DNA of 64,000 nucleotides, from the NCBI RefSeq assembly GCF_006345805.1, contig NC_042999.1:48608001-48672000 (forward strand), in the 5' to 3' direction. This DNA comes from Octopus sinensis (lineage: Eukaryota). The notes under the pieces are model-generated. The model was given only the letters and a program-made list of their open reading frames with translations. It did not search any database and was not told where the DNA came from. Position numbers and translations under genes: made by a program. Below are positions 51,386-64,000 of this stretch, one piece after another. How positions within the stretch are numbered: the first letter of the stretch is position 1; each line of letters begins with the position of its first letter.

Positions 51386-52137
51386 GTACATACATACATA
51401 CATACATGCATACATACATACATACATACATACATACATACATACATACATACATACATACATACATACATACGAAGAGAGACGGAGAAAGGAAGACAGA
51501 CAGACAAACAACGACAAAGAGATGGGAATTCATAGTCGATATTAAAACATTTTCAGTGGAAATAGCTTCTGAATCTTAGATTTCCAAGAGAGCGCCCTAC
51601 AATTTTTCAGCTAATAAACATAGACAGTGATCTACACACACGAATTTATTAGATTTCAGCCCGACACATATTCAAACTTAATCTCTCTACTCCATCTCTG
51701 GGTTATAGTTAGCAATTAAGCATATGTAGCAGATTCTGTTGCGCTGAGAGTAATTTTCGATTTATTTCTTCACTGTTTCAAAGCAGTGACTGCTTTGTGA
51801 CCGAACATGTAAGGAGTTCGAACATGTGACCGAACATGTAATTTCCTTTCACCAATAGTTGAATCAATACCCGTGAGTTAATTTGACATGGAGGTTTTAT
51901 AGAACGCCCCCGAGTAGATTCTGTGAGTAAATCAAAAAGTACTGAGACGTTACGTACTGTGTGACGCTGATCTGATTGTGCCAGAGACCTACGTGAAGCA
52001 TACTCCTACCGGTGACGTCCTCAACCACATACATGTTAATTAAGGAGCAGGTCTTATAAAACAACTTTGACATCGTTGACTGGGTTGATCCATTCCAACC
52101 ATCTTTTGTATACATCAACAAATGTGTGACATGAATT

Positions 52138-52471
52138 CTAAAAAAAAAAAGACTCCGCCGGTTACGACGACGAGGGTCCCAGCTGATACGATCAACGGAA
52201 CAGCTTGCTCGTGAAATTAACGTGCAAATGGTTGAGCATTCCACAGACACGTGTACCCTTAACGTAGTTCTCGGGGATAATCAGCGTGACACAGAGAGTG
52301 ACAAGGCTGACCCTTTGAAATACAAGTACAACTCATTTTTGCCAGCTGAGTGGACTGGAGCAACGTGAAATAAAGTGTCTTGCTCAAGGACACAACGCGT
52401 CGCCGGGAATCGAACTCACAACCTTACGGTCATGAGCCGAATGCCCTAACCACTAAGCCACGCGCCCTCAC
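52138..52471 (-). mobile_element. Full-length tRNA-headed SINE with a 13-bp TSD
   Basis: TGTGACATGAATT at 52125-52137 and 52472-52484; minus-strand head GAGGGCGCGTGGCTTAGTGGTTAGGGC...GAGTTCGATTCC. Confidence 0.85.
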
Positions 52472-55114
52472 TGTGACATGAATTAGTTATCACATGTTGA
52501 GCACTGTCTGTGTAGTCAAACGAATAAAAGAAATAAAATAATAAAATGCATAAGAGCTTAATTTCTCCAGAATAAATAAATCCAGAATTGCTTAAACGAA
52601 AAGATAAAGAAAAATATACAAAAGGAGGGGTTCAACTGCAAAAAAATGGATGCGGTGAATAACAAGTTGTATGTGCCAGTCCGAATGGTGTATTCAACCG
52701 TCAAACGGGGACATATTTGTAAAGGTGAAAACCTTGGAGCGGGGTTCATTTCTCAGTCGTGCCACTGTGATCCCGATTATGTGAATGAAATCAGCAGTGC
52801 AGTGTCCGAGAACTGCTGAGGTATTGAGGGTGAAAGATACAAACTAGAGCGTGTATTTTTTAAATTCTTCTTTTCTAGATTATGTGCAGCGATAATCGGT
52901 TTTAGTGTGGAAGCATCCAGGATCAATTGGCAACTGCATGCATACTTAAGCTCAAAATCCGATATACACTTCATCGCTCGTTTGAGTTTAGCATCTCTTA
53001 AGTATCTCAAAGCCATGATTTGATATATTTTCTTTCAGATGAAATTTCTACGTACAGCCAATACATTAATAGACCATATGATTTGTGGAAGCGAAGTAGA
53101 GTAGCAGTTGAATGATATACATACGTATTTTTAATTAATTACGTATACTTTGCATGCTTATGCATCATTCAATATGTATAAATGTATATGCAAATATCTA
53201 GGTGCGTTTAATATGAATAGGCAAGTGTTTACAGAAATGAGTGAAGGTCAACGAGAATATGTGCTCATACGCATACTTATAAGATGGACGCATTAAGATC
53301 TTTATTCATACATAACAAGGTGTTATTATATACGTACAGAAATACTTGTATTCGAACATATCTGTAAGGTGGTGGTGGATATCTTGTTATATACGTCATG
53401 CATGTGAGTACGCTAATTTACGTGAAAACAAAACAAATATCGCAACATCAGGGCACACTGTGTTGGTGAACGTATGCGCAGGTGTATATCTCTTGTTTCG
53501 TTTCTCAGCATGTATGCATGTGTGAATCTAATTATTTCCCTTTCATACATAACTCATTTCAGCATGATGATCACAATCCCAGATACCTATGATTCAATAC
53601 TGCTACTTTCATTAATTTCATCACGCTTAGATGATAGCTGAACTAACCGCGCTCACCAAATTCATCTGATGGTCATCTTGTTATACGTTATGTGCAATGC
53701 TTTCGCTAAAAAAATGGTTAAATGATTAAAAATGAACCGAACACTGGAGGGGGGGGGGAATTTTAGATTTGCGGAGAAAGTGCCAATGTAGCGGAAAAAT
53801 TAGATTGTCTACACACAACACACAGTATTGATCTCTATTCTTTTCTTTCAGTTTCAATCATTGATGCACAGAAACACACGCATACACGTACACACAAAAA
53901 GTACACACACTCGCATATGCATGTACGTATGTACAGGACCTGACCAATTGTCCGTTAACATCAGGGGATAGAAATGTCCCAGATTTCAGAATATTCAAGT
54001 TCTCTCATTACAGCTTGTACATATGTATGTATATACATATACATACATACATACGTATGTATATATATCTATATCTATATATCTATCTATCTATCTCTCT
54101 CTATATATATATACACGTGAGTGTGATTGAGTGTGTATGTCTGTGTGTATGTATATGCATATATATATTTATACTTGCATACACACATATGTGTGTGTAT
54201 AGCTATACATACACACACGTATTTATTTACCTGTACAGACACATATTTTATGGCTCGTATTATTGGCTTAAGTATTTATGTCTTTCCTTAATCGTATTGT
54301 CATATGAAGTATCATTACGTTGGCGTTTAATTCATCTCTCGGGGGTTCACACATGACGCGTTAAGAAAAGTCTTCATGTAATTAATTCTAAGAACATTTT
54401 AATTTGTAAGTGTTTATGATAGTCACACTTTTATCTGAGTAGGTTTTCTATTTCTTTAATTTTCTAAGTGTTTCCTAAGTTGTTGACAATTTCTACTCAA
54501 GACGGGTTTTAGATAACACATTAAAGCATTTATTTTCAGACAGCACACCGATTCTATATAAACGAGCTATAAAACTACCGACTCTAATTCGATCATTTAT
54601 AGTTGTTCCAAGATATATTATTGGCACCTCGTTTGAAACAAAATCTTTCGAACATCTCTATTTACAAGTATCATATAATTTCTATTGACGAAGTCCCTGT
54701 ATTCATGAATGCTAATACATTTACGATTGTAATGAAATTTAAGAAGTACTTTCTAGCAAACCCATTCGTGCATAAACACATATACACTCGCCAGGACACA
54801 CACAAACGCATTATGTGTGTATGTGTGTGTTTGTGAGTGCGTGTGTATATGTGTATACACATATATACAAGTTTGGCAATAGTCGCCCAACAGCAAATAC
54901 TTAATATTTAAATACATATTTAATATTCAATTGTATTTATTCATTTGGAAAAATGGTGTCGCTAAAGATTGACTTCAGTTTGAACAATTTTCATTCAGTT
55001 ACATATTTAGATGCTTTTAATAAATTCATTCAATTTTTAAGTATAAATAAATCTTGGAACTAATTGGTTTCGATTTACTGTCAGGTAACTTATGGCCAAC
55101 CCTCTATATGCATA

Positions 55115-55193
55115 CATACATAGAGATAGATATACAGAAGGATAAAGCTATGTAAATATATATAGATATAGATATAGATAGATAGATAAATAC

Positions 55194-55224
<31 letters not shown>

Positions 55225-55303
55225 CATGCATACATATATGCATACATACATACATACATAGAGATAGATATACAAACTGATAAAGCTATGTAAATATATA
55301 TAG

Positions 55304-55355
<52 letters not shown>

Positions 55356-55720
55356 CATACATATATGCATGCATACATATATGCATGCATACATATATAC
55401 ATACATACATAGAGATAGATATACAGACTGTTAAAGCTATGTAATTATATATAGATATAGATAGATAGATAAATACATACATATATATATATATATACAT
55501 ACATGCATATATACATGCATACATATATACATACATACATAGATAGATAAATACATACATATATATATATATATATATACATACATACATATATACATGC
55601 ATACATATATACATACATAGAGATAGATATACAGGCTGTTAAAGCTATGTAAATATATATAGATATAGATAGATAGATAAATACATACATATATATATAT
55701 GTATATATACATACATATAT
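55115..55720. repeat. Higher-order minisatellite: four copies of a microsatellite-built unit
   Basis: CATAGAGATAGATATACA..(CTG/GGA)(T/A)TAAAGCTATGTAA recurs near 55117, 55258, 55408 and 55617. Confidence 0.8.
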
Positions 55721-55774
55721 ATATGTATATATACATACATATATATATGCATACATATATACATACATACATAT

Positions 55775-55817
<43 letters not shown>

Positions 55818-55914
55818 TATATATATATGCATATATATATGCATACATATATACATACGTGCATTCATACATACATATATACATATATATAGACATACTT
55901 ACATATAGACAGAT

Positions 55915-56330
55915 GTATTAGTCGCAGGTGTGAGTGTGTGATAATAAGTTTACTTCCCAACCACATGGTTCCAGTTTGAGTCCTCCTTTGTGACGCCTTG
56001 GGCAAATAAGTTCTCCTATAGCCTCGGGCCCACCAAATTATTGTAAGTGGATTTAGTAGATGGCAATTGAAAGAAGCCCGTCATGTATATGTGTGTTTGT
56101 GTATGTGTGTTTGTCTGTGCGTATCTATGTGTCTTTGCTATTGAGCATGTCACCCACAACCGTTTGACGACTTCTATTAGCTTATATTTCCATAATTTGT
56201 TGCTACTGGAAAAGCGATCGATAGAATAAGCACCAGGATTCAAAATAGTAGTGGCGTCGATTCGTTCGAATAAAAAAACTCTACAGGTGGTGCCCCAGTC
56301 GAGTGGCTGCAATGGATTGATGAGTCCATC
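55915..56330 (+). mobile_element. Diverged SINE family A copy
   Basis: CCCAACCACATGGTTCC...CTATAGCCTCGGGC...GATAGAATAAGCACCAGG. Confidence 0.65.
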
Positions 56331-56524
56331 TACAACATCCTATGGTAAATCTTTTTTTTTTCTCTGATGACATTATGCTCATCTCACATAAATGCCAATT
56401 TGTAATTAAATTATTGAGTATAAATTGAAACGGCTGTAAGTAGAGGAGCTGAAAAAATTGTAAATAATAAGTAGTTGTTAACTTCCTTATCTCCATCTTC
56501 TCTTCTACTTTAACTAAATATATA

Positions 56525-56584
<60 letters not shown>

Positions 56585-56606
56585 TATATTATACATATAT
56601 ATATAT

Positions 56607-56640
<34 letters not shown>

Positions 56641-56656
56641 CATATATATTATACAT

Positions 56657-56705
<49 letters not shown>

Positions 56706-57289
56706 TACTCATACACAGATACACAGTGAGCGGCTGTCTGTACAGCAAGGGTGTTAAGTAAAAATACACAGATCTAGATACATACACATATGCACGGATG
56801 GTGTATACGTACATACATATACACAAACACACGCACAGACGCGTGTGATTTACAATGTGATTTACTTTATTCAAGTTTTATCAGGTCTGTATTTAACTTT
56901 ATATCAAGTCTTGTCTTTTTTTTTATTTCTCAAACTGAAATTGTATTATCCAAAAGAATTCATCAATTGTGAAAAGTTTAACCACCTGTCGTCCAATAAG
57001 CATTAGAAAACTTATTTAGTGACTTAGGAATTGATGTTCACTGCTCCATTTAATAACATAAAAGCCATTGCATTGCTCGGACTTTTTTTGACGTCTGTCT
57101 GAAGATTACGTTATGTGTGTTAGAAAGAAAGACTTTGTGAAATTTCCGTTTCAATAAAAAGCTTCATTTTACCATATCTCTCTTATTCGAATACCGCGTT
57201 CTTACACTAACGTATGTGCTTATACGTATATATAAATGCGTGATGTGTCTGTGTGTATGTCTGGGCATATACATATGCATATGCATTTG

Positions 57290-57339
<50 letters not shown>

Positions 57340-57816
57340 TCATATATGCTCACAGATACGGACGTATAATACATATATGTGTATGTGATTGAGTACACAC
57401 ATCCACAATCTTTTTTTTTCTCAGAATGCTATATATTTATTTATTTCGTTCTCTTTTTTCAAACAGCTAAGCAATATGTATGATTCTTCAATCTTCCACA
57501 AAGTATTGCGAATACACATAATTGTGTTTAAAGATTCCTCTAAAATATATACATTGGAAAAAAAAAACATGTCGTTCATTTCATAATCTATGATATTCAT
57601 AAATATATATATTTCCTGTCCGTACATTCAAATGGTAGCTATATTTCTTCCTTTTCAATGTACATCATATCGATTTTGTCGGTTTTTTATTGTTACTTTA
57701 AACTACTCAAACACAAGTCGACAAAATTATAGAAACGCAGATGTACATACACACATCTATGTATCTATCTATCTATCTACCTTGCTCCCACTTCTCTCTC
57801 TCTCTCTTCTCTCTCT

Positions 57817-58186
57817 GGGTAATTCCGTAATGGAATCGACGGCTTATATTTATTTGCTGCCGATAAATTTGGCGCGAGTGCGACGATTTGAAAATTTTAG
57901 GTCAGATATTGCCTTGGCAGGGTCGGAAATGCCTCGTGAAAATATCTGTTCCGACTTGGCTATTTCTTGCTGAAGAATCTGAGGGCCTATGGAAGATTGG
58001 CTTGATTTAATTTAATCAGGTTAGTTTACCATTAAACAGCAGACGAAACGGTGCATCGTACAAGAAATTACAGGGTAAATGTTTTTTTAAATTTTCTCCT
58101 GTTTACGGAATTGATCTTTATTTGCGGTGAAGCTTTGGCTGTTATTTCTAGTGGGTGAATGCCTATTATGGCCGTTCCTTGATTGT

Positions 58187-58192
<6 letters not shown>
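57817..58192 (+). repeat. Diverged single homologue of the 472-bp HHR unit
   Basis: Colinear by eye with the minus strand of the 19.6-kb unit: TTATATTTA.TGCTG..GGCGCGA..TTGAAAATTTTA.G.CAGATATT..GCCTCGTG..HHR..AGGGTAAATGTTTTT.AAATTTTC..CTAGTGG..GAATG. Confidence 0.85.
57962..58068 (+). ncRNA. Intact type I hammerhead ribozyme
   Basis: ATTTCTTG CTGAAGA a TCTG ...long stem II... CAGA c GAAA CGG TGCA TCG TA | CAAGAAAT. Perfect 8-bp stem I, GUA triplet, predicted cut after 58060. Confidence 0.88.
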
Positions 58193-58223
<31 letters not shown>

Positions 58224-58256
58224 TAAGAAAGTTTGTTTGGTAAAGCACGTGGGTGA

Positions 58257-58601
58257 ATATATAAGAAAATAGTAAAGTGTGAAAAAACGACAGAAGGCTT
58301 AAATGTTAAAAAATATATATATTTGTGTCAAAATGTCTGGAGAATATTGGAAAAATTTTTTTCCTTTCCTTAAAATGACATAATTTTAAAATTTTTAAAG
58401 AAATTACCGGTTTCGCGTGTACCGGTTTTCGCGTGTAGCTTGAAAAGCTACACGCGAACCGGTAATTTCTTTAAAAATTTTAAAATTATGTCATTTTAAG
58501 AAAGGAAAAAAATTTTTCCAATATTCTCCAGACATTTTGACACAAATATATATATTTTTAACATCTAAGCCTTCTGTCGTTTTTTCACACTTTACTATTT
58601 T

Positions 58602-58610
<9 letters not shown>
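58257..58610. repeat. ~350-bp near-perfect palindrome with a GAA loop (58442-58444)
   Basis: Apex CGCGTGTAGCTT-GAA-AAGCTACACGCG. The left arm carries an extra copy of ACCGGTTT(T)CGCGTGT; the arms match out to the (TA)n. Confidence 0.95.
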
Positions 58611-58654
<44 letters not shown>

Positions 58655-60539
58655 TATATATATTGCATACGCACGGATGTGAGCGCGTGTATATTTATAT
58701 ATAATATATATATAGTTAAACCAATTATATACACTTACATGTACAAACGTCTAGGACAATATATAATCGTGTCATTGCGAGTCGATAAGGAAGGAGATAT
58801 AGTTTCAGCAACACACGTGACCCCATTTGCTGTAACAAAAGGCCATGTATTTCAATTTACTCAGTTGAAATGATTATTGATTAAAAGTAACTATATATAT
58901 ATATATATATATCTATATATAATATATATATATATATATTATATATATATATATATAATATATATATATTGCCATCACGATCAGCCAGTGTAACATGAGG
59001 GTGGGTATTTCAGAATTTAATTGGACTTACAATTAACGTTGGTGATGATGCTATTGGTATTATTTAACCACAGATCGACCCTCATCAAGCCGGTTTGCTA
59101 GTAATTTATCTTTAATGCACATCAATTTCAAGGGAACCCATTAGTTGCTATGCAGAAACAGAAACAAAAAAATCATAAATGGATACACGTAAAGACACTG
59201 AAGAAAACCCATTATGTTTCCTTCTGTGTGTTACATGTGTCCATTCATGCTTTATTATTTTTTTCTGTTTCTGTTTAGCAACTATTACACTGACATAACT
59301 CTTCTGTATTTGTGAGTTTTCTCATTACATGTTTATGTAACCGCAAATGTATGCTGTCTTCTAATTCCAAATATACTAAACCTATTGATTTCAAATTTTG
59401 GTACAAGACAAATAAGTGCGGGGAGAGTGGTAAGCGGATCACGTCAACTCCAGTACTCAACTGGTAATTATTTTATCGACCACGTAATAATATAAGGCAA
59501 TGTTGACCTCAGCAGAATTTATATTTAGAACGTAAAGACACATTCTGTCATATTTGTATTTTGCACAGCTCCTCTCAGTTACTTTACTGAAGCTTCTTCG
59601 TCATATTTACAATCGGCATCATTACAAAATTAGTATTGGTATTTCCACAGCTCCGTTCCGGCAATTGACACAGATAAACGGAGTGCTGATACGTTCCGGG
59701 GTTTGCGTAAAAGAAAATACAGGCCGATCATTTATGATTTTCTTCAACATATTCTCCTCTCAGATTTACATAGTCCTTCAGTTTTTCTAAGCCCTGTTAG
59801 AAAACTCGGAAAGTTGGGCCTCCAAGCAGGATTTTCGGTACACCCTTAAAACTGGGAAATCTTTAACAAACCCCTGTATTTTTCAGACAAACTCCACTTA
59901 TAATTGCACTGTAGGGTTTTTTATCTCCTATTTTATGTCTTTTTATTTATTTTTGTGCAGTTAAGATGCGTTCTGTACGCACCCCAGAGCGAGACGCTTT
60001 CTTTTAACTCCAAGGATAATGTCACAGCATTATATTTCAAATCTGCCACAATCTGGTGCTTATTAGCATTGCAATGCTACCATGTTGATACAACAGTGAT
60101 TTCCTAATCGAAAATCCAATTTCTGTGAGATTCGCTCAATCCATTTTTAAGGGGATTATCAGTATGCTTTATTGAAAAGTTAAAGAAGTTATAAAATCGG
60201 TATTGAAGTTCCAACACCAATCTAAAATTAGTCCGGCAGATGCTTGTTTTTCGACCACGAATTACTGTACATATATATATATATATATATAAAGTGCATA
60301 TATGTAACAATTATACACTGTATTATCATATACACACAGGACCATCCAAGATAGACAGGACACTCCCGCACAAACACACACACACACACACTCTCTCTCT
60401 CTGTCTCTCTCAAACACACTCACGCATGCACACACTCATATATGTTAATACATATTTGTATGTTTGTATATATGTGTGAGTGTGTGCGCGCCTGCATGTG
60501 CGTGTCTCTACGCATATATATGAAATTATAGGGTGTTTA

Positions 60540-62924
60540 CGCTTACTAAAAGTTCAGGATTCTCAGGATGTTTTGCAGCACCCTAGTAGGATACCTCCTT
60601 GGCTAGTTAATGGGTTAACATTCCTGCTTCCAAAAAGTGAAAAAACAAATGAACCAACAATCTATAGATCTATAACCTGCTTAACAACTATGTATAAAAC
60701 GCTAACATCTGTCCCCACGGAATATACTTATGGTTTTTTAACAGACTGCATCATATTCCCTAATGAACAGAAAGGATGTAAACGTGAATCCTACAGCTGT
60801 AAATATCAATTACTCATCAATAGGATGATCTTAGAAGATTGTCACAAACGACACAAAAACTTATCAATAGCCTGGATAGACTATAAAAAAGCGTTTGATA
60901 GCCTACCACATAGCTGGATTAGGAAATGCCTGCAAATGTATAAGATGGCACCTACTCTGCGAAACATTTTCACTGTAAGTATGAGATCATGGAGAACCAC
61001 ACTAACTCTGAACAGTGATAATGAATCCCTAAATGCTGGTGATGTAAAAATTTCATGTGGAATTTTCCAGGGTGACTCAGTGTCACCACTCCTCTTTTGT
61101 TTAGCCTTAATACCTCTCTCAAAACTGCTCAATGACGCGCAGTACGGGTATAAAATGTTTGAAAAAAATATAAATCATCTCATTTACATGGATGATTTAA
61201 AGCTTTTTGCAAAAAATGATAAACAACTCAAGGGCTTACTAGCGATAGTCAAACAATTCAGTGATGACATCAGAATGCAATTCGGCCTCGATAAATGTGC
61301 AAAAGCTACCTTTATCAAAGGAAAAATGACAGAAACATCTAACGTTAATCTTGACCAGCAGAATGTCATAAAAGAACTAGACCCAGCGGAGAACTACAAG
61401 TACCTAGGAGTAATTGAAGGAGAAGGAATAAGGCATTCAGAGATGAAGGAAAGGATCAGGAGAGAATGTTATCGAAGAGTGAGAGCAATACTCAAGACAG
61501 AGCTGAATACAAGAAAGAGGATCGAAGCGATCAATGCATTAGCCATACCAGTCGTGCCTTACAGTTTCAATATCGTTAACTGGTCAATTACTGAAATATG
61601 TCAGCTCGACAGAAAAATAAGAAAACATTTGACAATGCATAGAATGCACCACCCTAAGGCAGATACAGAACGACTTTATCTGCCAAGAAAAGAGGGGGCC
61701 GTGGTCTTTTGCAACTGGCAATAACAATGAAGATTGCTACAATTGGCCTAGACACCTACCTGAAAAAGTCTGAGGACTGGATGTTAAAACTTGTCTCAAA
61801 ACATGAAAACAAGAAAGCATCATACTCAGTAACAAAACAGGCAAAGGAATATCTAAGTGAATTCCAAATACAACAAATTTCGGAATTAGAGATAGACATA
61901 CAAGAAACAAGCACAGAAAAAGCTAGGTGCATGAAAACCCGTGCCAAAACTGCGGCCTTAGATAATAAATGGCAAGAAAAACCTCTCTATGGCAAATACC
62001 CAAAGAGAGCGAATAATGCAGATATTGACAAAGCCCTGACCCATCAATGGCTAATGGCCTCTGGCTTAAAATCTGAAACAGAAGGGTTTATCATAGCAGT
62101 TCAATATCAATGCCTACCAACAAGAAACTACCAGGCCAACATATTAAAGAACGGCAGTAGCCCAACATGTCGTGAATGCCGACAACAAAATGAAACCATT
62201 GATCATGTCGTCTCCAAATGCAGCCTTCTAGCGCCTACAGAGTACCTCAACAGGCATGATAGAGCTGCACAATATATTCACTGGGTAATTTGCAAAAACC
62301 TGGATTTGCCCCATCAAAAAAACTGGTGGGAACACAATCCACCTCCAGTGCTTGAAAATGACCACATCTCACTCCTCTGGAACTTCACCATTCAAACTGA
62401 CAGAAAGATAGATGCAAACAGGCCAGACATCATATTGAAAGACTTCAGACAAAGAACATGCCTCCTCATTGATATGACTGCCCCAATCGATATAAACGTA
62501 TCTGTCAAAACCTACCAAAAACTGAGCAAATATAAAGATCTTGAAATAGAAATCAGCAAAATGTGGAAGCTGAAGACTAAAACAATACCTGTTGTCATAG
62601 GTGCTCTGGGAATGATAGCGAAAGGGGCTGATTGCTACCTAACTCAGATACCAGGAAACCCCAAAATGGCAGAAATTCAAAAGATAGTGCTCATGGGAAC
62701 TGCTCATATCCTACGCAAAATACTCTCTATGTAATTCCAAGGTTTAAAACAAACTTTTTTTAATGTATTAGACATTCACTAGTACAACACCCCAAAAAAA
62801 AAAACTCAAATATATGGCACACTAGGCATAACAACAACGTGAACTTACAACCTGTTGTCTCTTGAGGTCTCTGGGTGAGACTTGGAGCCAACTTGTACAG
62901 ACATAAAGCAAAAGTCAAACATAG
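60540..62924 (+). mobile_element. 5'-truncated R4/Dong-type (RLE) non-LTR retrotransposon: RT, CCHC finger, restriction-like endonuclease, 3' UTR
   Basis: RT motifs AWIDYKKAFDS, GIFQGDSVSP, YMDDLK, YKYLG; CRECRQQNETIDHVVSKC; RHD; RPDII..LIDMT; stop at 62734. Single frameshift at the G-run 61694-61698; the 3' end abuts (AAT)n. Confidence 0.92.
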
Positions 62925-62962
62925 AATAATAATAATAACAATAATGACAATAATAATAATAA

Positions 62963-63030
<68 letters not shown>

Positions 63031-63337
63031 GCATTAGTAGTTGTAGTAATAATAATACTAGTAAGAAAAAAATTATATCATGAATAAGAACAAAAAAGAA
63101 TAAAGTGACGCAAGAGACATGAAATCCATGAATATCTGCCATAAAATTGCTCTATCTTATTGACTTTATCAATCAATAATTTGTACATGATATTAGGTGC
63201 ATTTATTGCATCACATATTGTTTACTTCCCTTCGTTCTTTCATTTGTCCCATATTATTATTATTTATACTGTCAATATTACCTCTACCATTTTTATTACT
63301 CCATTGATTGTTATTATTATTTTTATTATTTTTATTA

Positions 63338-63411
<74 letters not shown>

Positions 63412-63648
63412 TTATCATTATTATCATTATTATTAATATTATTATTATTATTATTAATTTTATTATTATTATTATTATTATTACTATTATCATTATTATT
63501 ATTGTTATTATTATTATTATCATTCGTAGTATTAATAGTAGTAGTGGTGGTGGTGGTGGTGGTAGTAGTGGGGAAGGTGGTGGCGGCTGTGGCAGTACAA
63601 GCAGCAGTAGCTGCATTAATAATAGTAGTAGTAGTAGCAGCAGTAGTA

Positions 63649-63728
<80 letters not shown>

Positions 63729-63730
63729 TC
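62925..63730. repeat. Compound trinucleotide microsatellites (AAT)n, (ATT)n, (GTA)n, (GCA)n
   Basis: Directly visible. Similar tracts lie at 34580-34712, 35268-35323, 35725-36000 (GAT) and 38890-39070 (CTA/CTG). Confidence 0.95.
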
Positions 63731-64000
63731 ATTTGTCATTGTTCATTTCCCTTCACCACGAACAATTGTTTCCTACTTCATTTCTTGATTTAACCAACCA
63801 TAAAATTACATCAATATTTATGCTCCACTATACTGCATATGCTTAATTCCAAGTACTACATCCCCGTGGACTTTCAATCAGATTTATGACAAAATCGATA
63901 AATAGAGGAGTGTTTTATTCTAATAATATACTTGCAACACCACAGCGTGGTGATGAGTTTGGACACAGAAGCGTTTGGTATAAGACGTTCATTTTGATTT

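Noticed and set aside
52777-53016. 79-aa ORF as a host exon
   Set aside because: No recognisable domain in any frame I tried and no convincing splice pair; cannot be supported without homology or RNA data.

Overview
AT-rich, repeat-saturated eukaryotic non-coding DNA. From recall, the SINE families and the (TA)n/(CA)n/(AAT)n load resemble octopod cephalopod genomes; I could not verify this by search. I found no intact host protein-coding gene, and nearly all supplied ORFs are microsatellite translation artefacts. Recognisable coding remnants: two Tc1/mariner fragments, five Penelope-like element (PLE) fragments, a possible L1/Tx1 fragment, a decayed C2H2 zinc-finger gene (~39.1-39.5 kb), and a young, 5'-truncated R4/Dong-type RLE non-LTR retrotransposon (~60.5-62.9 kb) that ends in an (AAT)n tract. 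The main discovery is a dense set of hammerhead ribozyme (HHR) motifs. (1) A tandem array of three ~472-bp non-coding units (19591-21007), each carrying a complete type I HHR with an unusually long stem II, followed by an inverted, permuted, ribozyme-deleted fourth copy. This is a retrozyme-like, putative circular-RNA-producing element. (2) A strongly diverged homologue at ~57.8-58.2 kb whose HHR keeps the fold through compensatory base changes. (3) A 1.24-kb palindrome with two back-to-back HHR-like motifs at its apex that carry a G3-C8 swapped core. (4) A second palindrome (58.26-58.61 kb) whose apex is also an HHR remnant. (5) Several minimal PLE-type HHRs, most in short islands inside (TA)n tracts. 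All structures and alignments were derived by eye; no folding, alignment or database search was run.
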